Source of the DNA: an uncultured Alphaproteobacteria bacterium
GTDB lineage: Bacteria > Pseudomonadota > Alphaproteobacteria > HIMB59
Reading direction: 5' to 3'
DNA: 64,000 nucleotides
Assembly: GCA_902555695.1 (NCBI GenBank)
Contig: CACDTV010000001.1
Coordinates: 83,559 to 147,558, forward strand
Both the position numbers and the translations under genes were made by a program. The notes under the pieces were generated by a model. It was given only the letters and a program-made list of their open reading frames with translations, was not told where the DNA came from and did no database searches. Each line of letters starts with the position of its first letter. Position 1 is the first letter of the stretch. Below are positions 61,330 to 64,000 of the stretch, one piece after another.

Positions 61330-61468
61330 TAGCGTACTTTTTTTTGGATTTTTCTACAACTATCAATATGCAATTACTCATGGTTTTTGGAGTTGGTTGT
61401 TTTTTGGAGAATTTGTTGCTAGTTTTAAAGCTATAATTTGGCCATTATTTGAGTTTAAAATTTTATAG
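61277..61468 (+). CDS. Small hypothetical membrane protein
   Basis: 63 aa with two hydrophobic segments (HGFWSWLFFGE..ASFKAIIWP). Confidence 0.55.
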   Translation: MKNFLLFAVYIILTLYGISVLFFGFFYNYQYAITHGFWSWLFFGEFVASFKAIIWPLFEFKIL

Positions 61469-61487
61469 CTTAATATCAAAAATATAT

Positions 61488-61577
61488 TGGTGCAGCCGGA
61501 TCAGGAGTCGAACCTGCATCTTCCCTTCCCGCAAGAAATCTCAGTGTGGGACGCTTTTCCATTTAAGCTAAGGCCGC
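61488..61577 (-). ncRNA. tRNA-like RNA or pseudo-tRNA with aberrant anticodon arm
   Basis: GCGGCCTTAGCTTAAATGGAAAAGCGTCCCACACTGAGATTTCTTGCGGGAAGGGAAGATGCAGGTTCGACTCCTGATCCGGCTGCACCA: D-arm, T-loop, acceptor stem and CCA present; no 7-nt anticodon loop. Confidence 0.75.
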
Positions 61578-61606
61578 ATAGGTAAATTTTAATTTCATCG
61601 AAAGTG

Positions 61607-61834
61607 TTATTTCCCATATTTAGGAATGACAGGAGGCTCGGGCTCCTCTGGCAATGTACATTGCTCTTTGTTAGCGGGTAATTCATCAAAAGGGCGTGTT
61701 ACCCAGATGTGTGAAAAAATAATATCCCCGTTTTCATTTTGAAAGCATTTCTTACCAAAATGAAGTTGGCTGTGATTTTGTTCATCTGCAACATACAAGA
61801 ATAAAACTGCTGCTAGAAAATGTAAAAAAGTCAT
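61607..61834 (-). CDS. Small hypothetical exported or membrane-anchored protein
   Basis: N-terminal hydrophobic segment, two Cys, Pro-rich tail; ATGA overlap with the upstream gene. Confidence 0.55.
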   Translation of the reverse strand: MTFLHFLAAVLFLYVADEQNHSQLHFGKKCFQNENGDIIFSHIWVTRPFDELPANKEQCTLPEEPEPPVIPKYGK

Positions 61835-62430
61835 GTTTTTAGTCCTTTCTGAGAATTGTTTAGGCTAGCAGAGATGGGATCAGGTATTTTTTTGCAATGC
61901 CTATGCGCTCTGTCCATCGCTTCCTCTACTTGAGGCATGGCCCACTGTATTGTAGGCAAGTCTATGAATGTTCTTAAAGCTACTGGTTCCTCGAAAGAAA
62001 CATCAGTGACTGTTAAGCGAGAGCGTTTATGAAAAGTATAATATTCTTTAATCGTTTCATGTTTATATGAACCCATGCCTATTAAAATCATGTGTCCATT
62101 CTTATATGGATATATTTCATGCACCATTCCAGTGGTTGAATGACCATTTTCCAGAAGCTCAATTTCTTTATCTAATAATTTTGTGAGATCAGGGTGAACT
62201 GATAAGGTAAATAATTCAAAGAATTGAAGCACACGATCACAATTATTTTTTGTCATAACAAAAATAATATTTTCTGAGTCTTCAACATCACCACTACGTT
62301 CCATTGCAATCATTTCCTCCTCCAATAATTGAATATTCCAACCATGAAATCTTTCTAAAGTCATCGCTGAGCTTAAGGAGACAATAAATAAAGAGGTAAT
62401 TATTAGTATTAAGTATTTTCCTCTTTGCAC
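61831..62430 (-). CDS. Hypothetical exported protein
   Basis: The GTG at 62430 gives the signal peptide MQRGKYLILIITSLFIVSLSSA; the frame stays open to 62610 through the inserted element. Confidence 0.65.
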   Translation of the reverse strand: MQRGKYLILIITSLFIVSLSSAMTLERFHGWNIQLLEEEMIAMERSGDVEDSENIIFVMTKNNCDRVLQFFELFTLSVHPDLTKLLDKEIELLENGHSTTGMVHEIYPYKNGHMILIGMGSYKHETIKEYYTFHKRSRLTVTDVSFEEPVALRTFIDLPTIQWAMPQVEEAMDRAHRHCKKIPDPISASLNNSQKGLKT

Positions 62431-62601
62431 CACGGCTAATGTACAGGAGGATGGGATTAGCCGTAGCACAGAAAGGAACCATGAAAAAACCACCTCAATT
62501 TTTCCTCTCTCTTTTTTTTGTTTGTCATTTATTAACCTGGTAGGAAATGACTTAGAGAAGGAGTAACTAGAAAACAGAAAGGAAGAGAGAGGTCTTTGCA
62601 C
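62422..62601. other. Structured insertion-like element flanked by 9-bp direct repeats
   Basis: TCTTTGCAC at 62422-62430 and 62593-62601; internal stems ACGGCTAAT/ATTAGCCGT, CCTCTCTCTT/AAGAGAGAGG and GTCATTT/AAATGAC. Confidence 0.5.
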
Positions 62602-62656
62602 TAAAGACAAAGATATTAATTTTTAAAAATAAAGATTGGGGAGAAATTAATTAATT

Positions 62657-64000
62657 TTAGACAGGAATACTTGTCCCGTAAAAATTCCAATTTTTTGTAA
62701 TCCCCCACCATAAAATAACCAAAAAAAGATGATAGGTTATTGGGACAAACCACCGAAGTTTACTATCGATTGTATTATAGAGACCAGTTTGTTTATCCCT
62801 ATGATAGTCCCAATAGCTCCATATAGTTATCATGGTAGATAAGCCAGCAAATAAATATGAAAGTAAAATCCAAGCATCTAAAATAGTGATATAGTTTAAT
62901 TTTGGAACATCGTCTCCAAATACAAAGTTGTAGGCAACCAAAGTTAATAAACTACCCATTGAAACTGCCAGCTTCGACTCTAACTCTCTTGCCCTGATGT
63001 AAAAAACACTAAAGGATAGGTAGACTAGGAAGATCACTGGAAGAATGATCTTTAAAATATAGTAAAAAGATTTGCGATTGAGATCAAAACTGTATTCGAG
63101 TGTTTGAAGCACTCCTTGCCCATAAAGTTGAGTATCACAACAGTTTAAACGGTGGTCATTAATTTCCCATTCATACAAAATTTCATTGCCCTCCATCATA
63201 CTAAACTCTGGGTTGTATCGAGGAGAGGTACTTAAATCAACATCTTGAAATATAAAATCGGCAGATGTTGAGATATTATCAAAAGGGAATTTTCTAAAAT
63301 CGGAGGAGTTAGTTACCTGATAATTAATTTGTTGTTTGAGAACAAAATTAAAAGGATCAGATTTATCATTTGTAATAAGTAAGCTTTTAAAAGTAATATC
63401 ATTTATGAAAGATCCTGTTTGCGTAGTTTCAAAAGTAGGATACCAAATTTTTTGTAAAATATTTTCAAGTTCGGCTGATTTTCTGAAAATACATTTGATA
63501 GGTGATTTATTAAGATCTGTTAAATTGAAAAAATTATGTATTAAATCTTCATTTTGCCACTGCAAATTCACCTCTAAATTTAAATTTGATTTACTACTTT
63601 GCTGAGTTACCTCAAAATCATTTAATATTATATCTGCCTCGACTATAGGGTGACCTAGATAAGGAATTCTTTTTAGATCAACTATCTCCTCTTCCCCATC
63701 TAAATGTTGAACAGTTAATGAGAGATCTCTCATTGCTGAGGTTTCTAGTAAGTTGGATAAATACAAGTAAGCATCGGTATCATTTGAGGCAACCGGTTTT
63801 TGATCAACAGCTAAAATACGATCTCCCACCTTAAGTGGGGTATTAAAAGCGAAGGAACCAAAGCGTTTTTTGTTGATAATAGGTTGATTTTGCTCAAGAA
63901 CTACACCACTGTCGTTATAAGCAAGCCTTATGTTAGACGTTTCCCTGAAGTCTTTTTTTAAAAGTCGTTCACAAATTTCTGCTCCCCAGCTAACACTGGA
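62657..64000 (-). CDS. Pentameric ligand-gated ion channel (Pro-loop receptor) subunit with N-terminal PDZ-like domain, 5'-truncated
   Basis: IWYP, FRKFPFD Pro-loop, EW, pre-M1 Arg, M1 with Pro (KIILP), M2 LLTLVAY, M2-M3 PKLNYITILD, M4. PDZ-like LKVGDRILAVD. The frame is open to the window end. Confidence 0.88.
   Translation of the reverse strand, partial: SSVSWGAEICERLLKKDFRETSNIRLAYNDSGVVLEQNQPIINKKRFGSFAFNTPLKVGDRILAVDQKPVASNDTDAYLYLSNLLETSAMRDLSLTVQHLDGEEEIVDLKRIPYLGHPIVEADIILNDFEVTQQSSKSNLNLEVNLQWQNEDLIHNFFNLTDLNKSPIKCIFRKSAELENILQKIWYPTFETTQTGSFINDITFKSLLITNDKSDPFNFVLKQQINYQVTNSSDFRKFPFDNISTSADFIFQDVDLSTSPRYNPEFSMMEGNEILYEWEINDHRLNCCDTQLYGQGVLQTLEYSFDLNRKSFYYILKIILPVIFLVYLSFSVFYIRARELESKLAVSMGSLLTLVAYNFVFGDDVPKLNYITILDAWILLSYLFAGLSTMITIWSYWDYHRDKQTGLYNTIDSKLRWFVPITYHLFLVILWWGITKNWNFYGTSIPV

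Noticed and set aside
60469-61500. Prophage or integrative element with att repeats
   Set aside because: No duplicate of the tRNA-like 3' end, no integrase and no phage hallmark gene were found.
61488-61577. Calling the element tmRNA or a normal tRNA-Ala, -Leu or -Thr
   Set aside because: It has no tag reading frame, is not permuted like alphaproteobacterial tmRNA, keeps a D-stem, and neither GAG nor TGC sits in a properly closed 7-nt loop.
61501-61689. 62-aa minus-strand ORF
   Set aside because: It overlaps the tRNA-like element and the 75-aa gene, so it is probably spurious.
487-63605. Many short ORFs in the track that are antisense to or nested in known genes (e.g. 719-931, 11142-11483, 19718-20032, 39657-40013, 59681-60043, 63336-63605)
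   Set aside because: They shadow well-supported genes and show no motifs or ribosome-binding sites.
1-64000. CRISPR arrays, rRNA, IS elements, restriction or defence systems
   Set aside because: No regularly spaced repeats, rRNA-like sequence, transposase or defence motifs were seen. RmuC has a nuclease-like fold but is a common housekeeping gene.

Overview
Very AT-rich, tightly packed chromosome segment of a streamlined marine alphaproteobacterium. Gene order and content suggest a SAR11-like or HIMB59/AEGEAN-169-like lineage, which is an inference. From left to right: a sugar kinase/glycolysis cluster (rbsK fragment, mgrA, Gfo/Idh/MocA, ROK kinase, pfkA); a methylated-glycine/C1 cluster (soxBDAG, dimethylglycine oxidase-type protein, metF-like gene, DmdA/GcvT-like methyltransferase); rmuC and glycosyltransferases; tRNA-Ser(GGA); lepA, pheTS, rplT, rpmI and infC; three more glycosyltransferases; gltDB and uppP; a 12-kb same-strand housekeeping run (rnd, kdsD, lptCAB, aroA, rpsA, ihfB, pyrF, trpFBA, accD, folC); thiol, metal-uptake and 5-oxoprolinase genes; a split, inverted-order photolyase; a DmdB-like ligase and FadN-like enzyme. 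The window ends in an accessory region (about 60.5-64 kb) that holds the most unusual signals: a pentameric ligand-gated ion channel subunit with an N-terminal PDZ-like domain, a 90-nt tRNA-like RNA with G3:U70 and CCA but no normal anticodon loop, and a structured in-frame 171-bp insert bounded by 9-bp direct repeats that carries a 20-aa hydrophobic ORF on the opposite strand. No CRISPR array, rRNA, integrase or transposase was seen. All protein calls come from motif recognition, not database searches.
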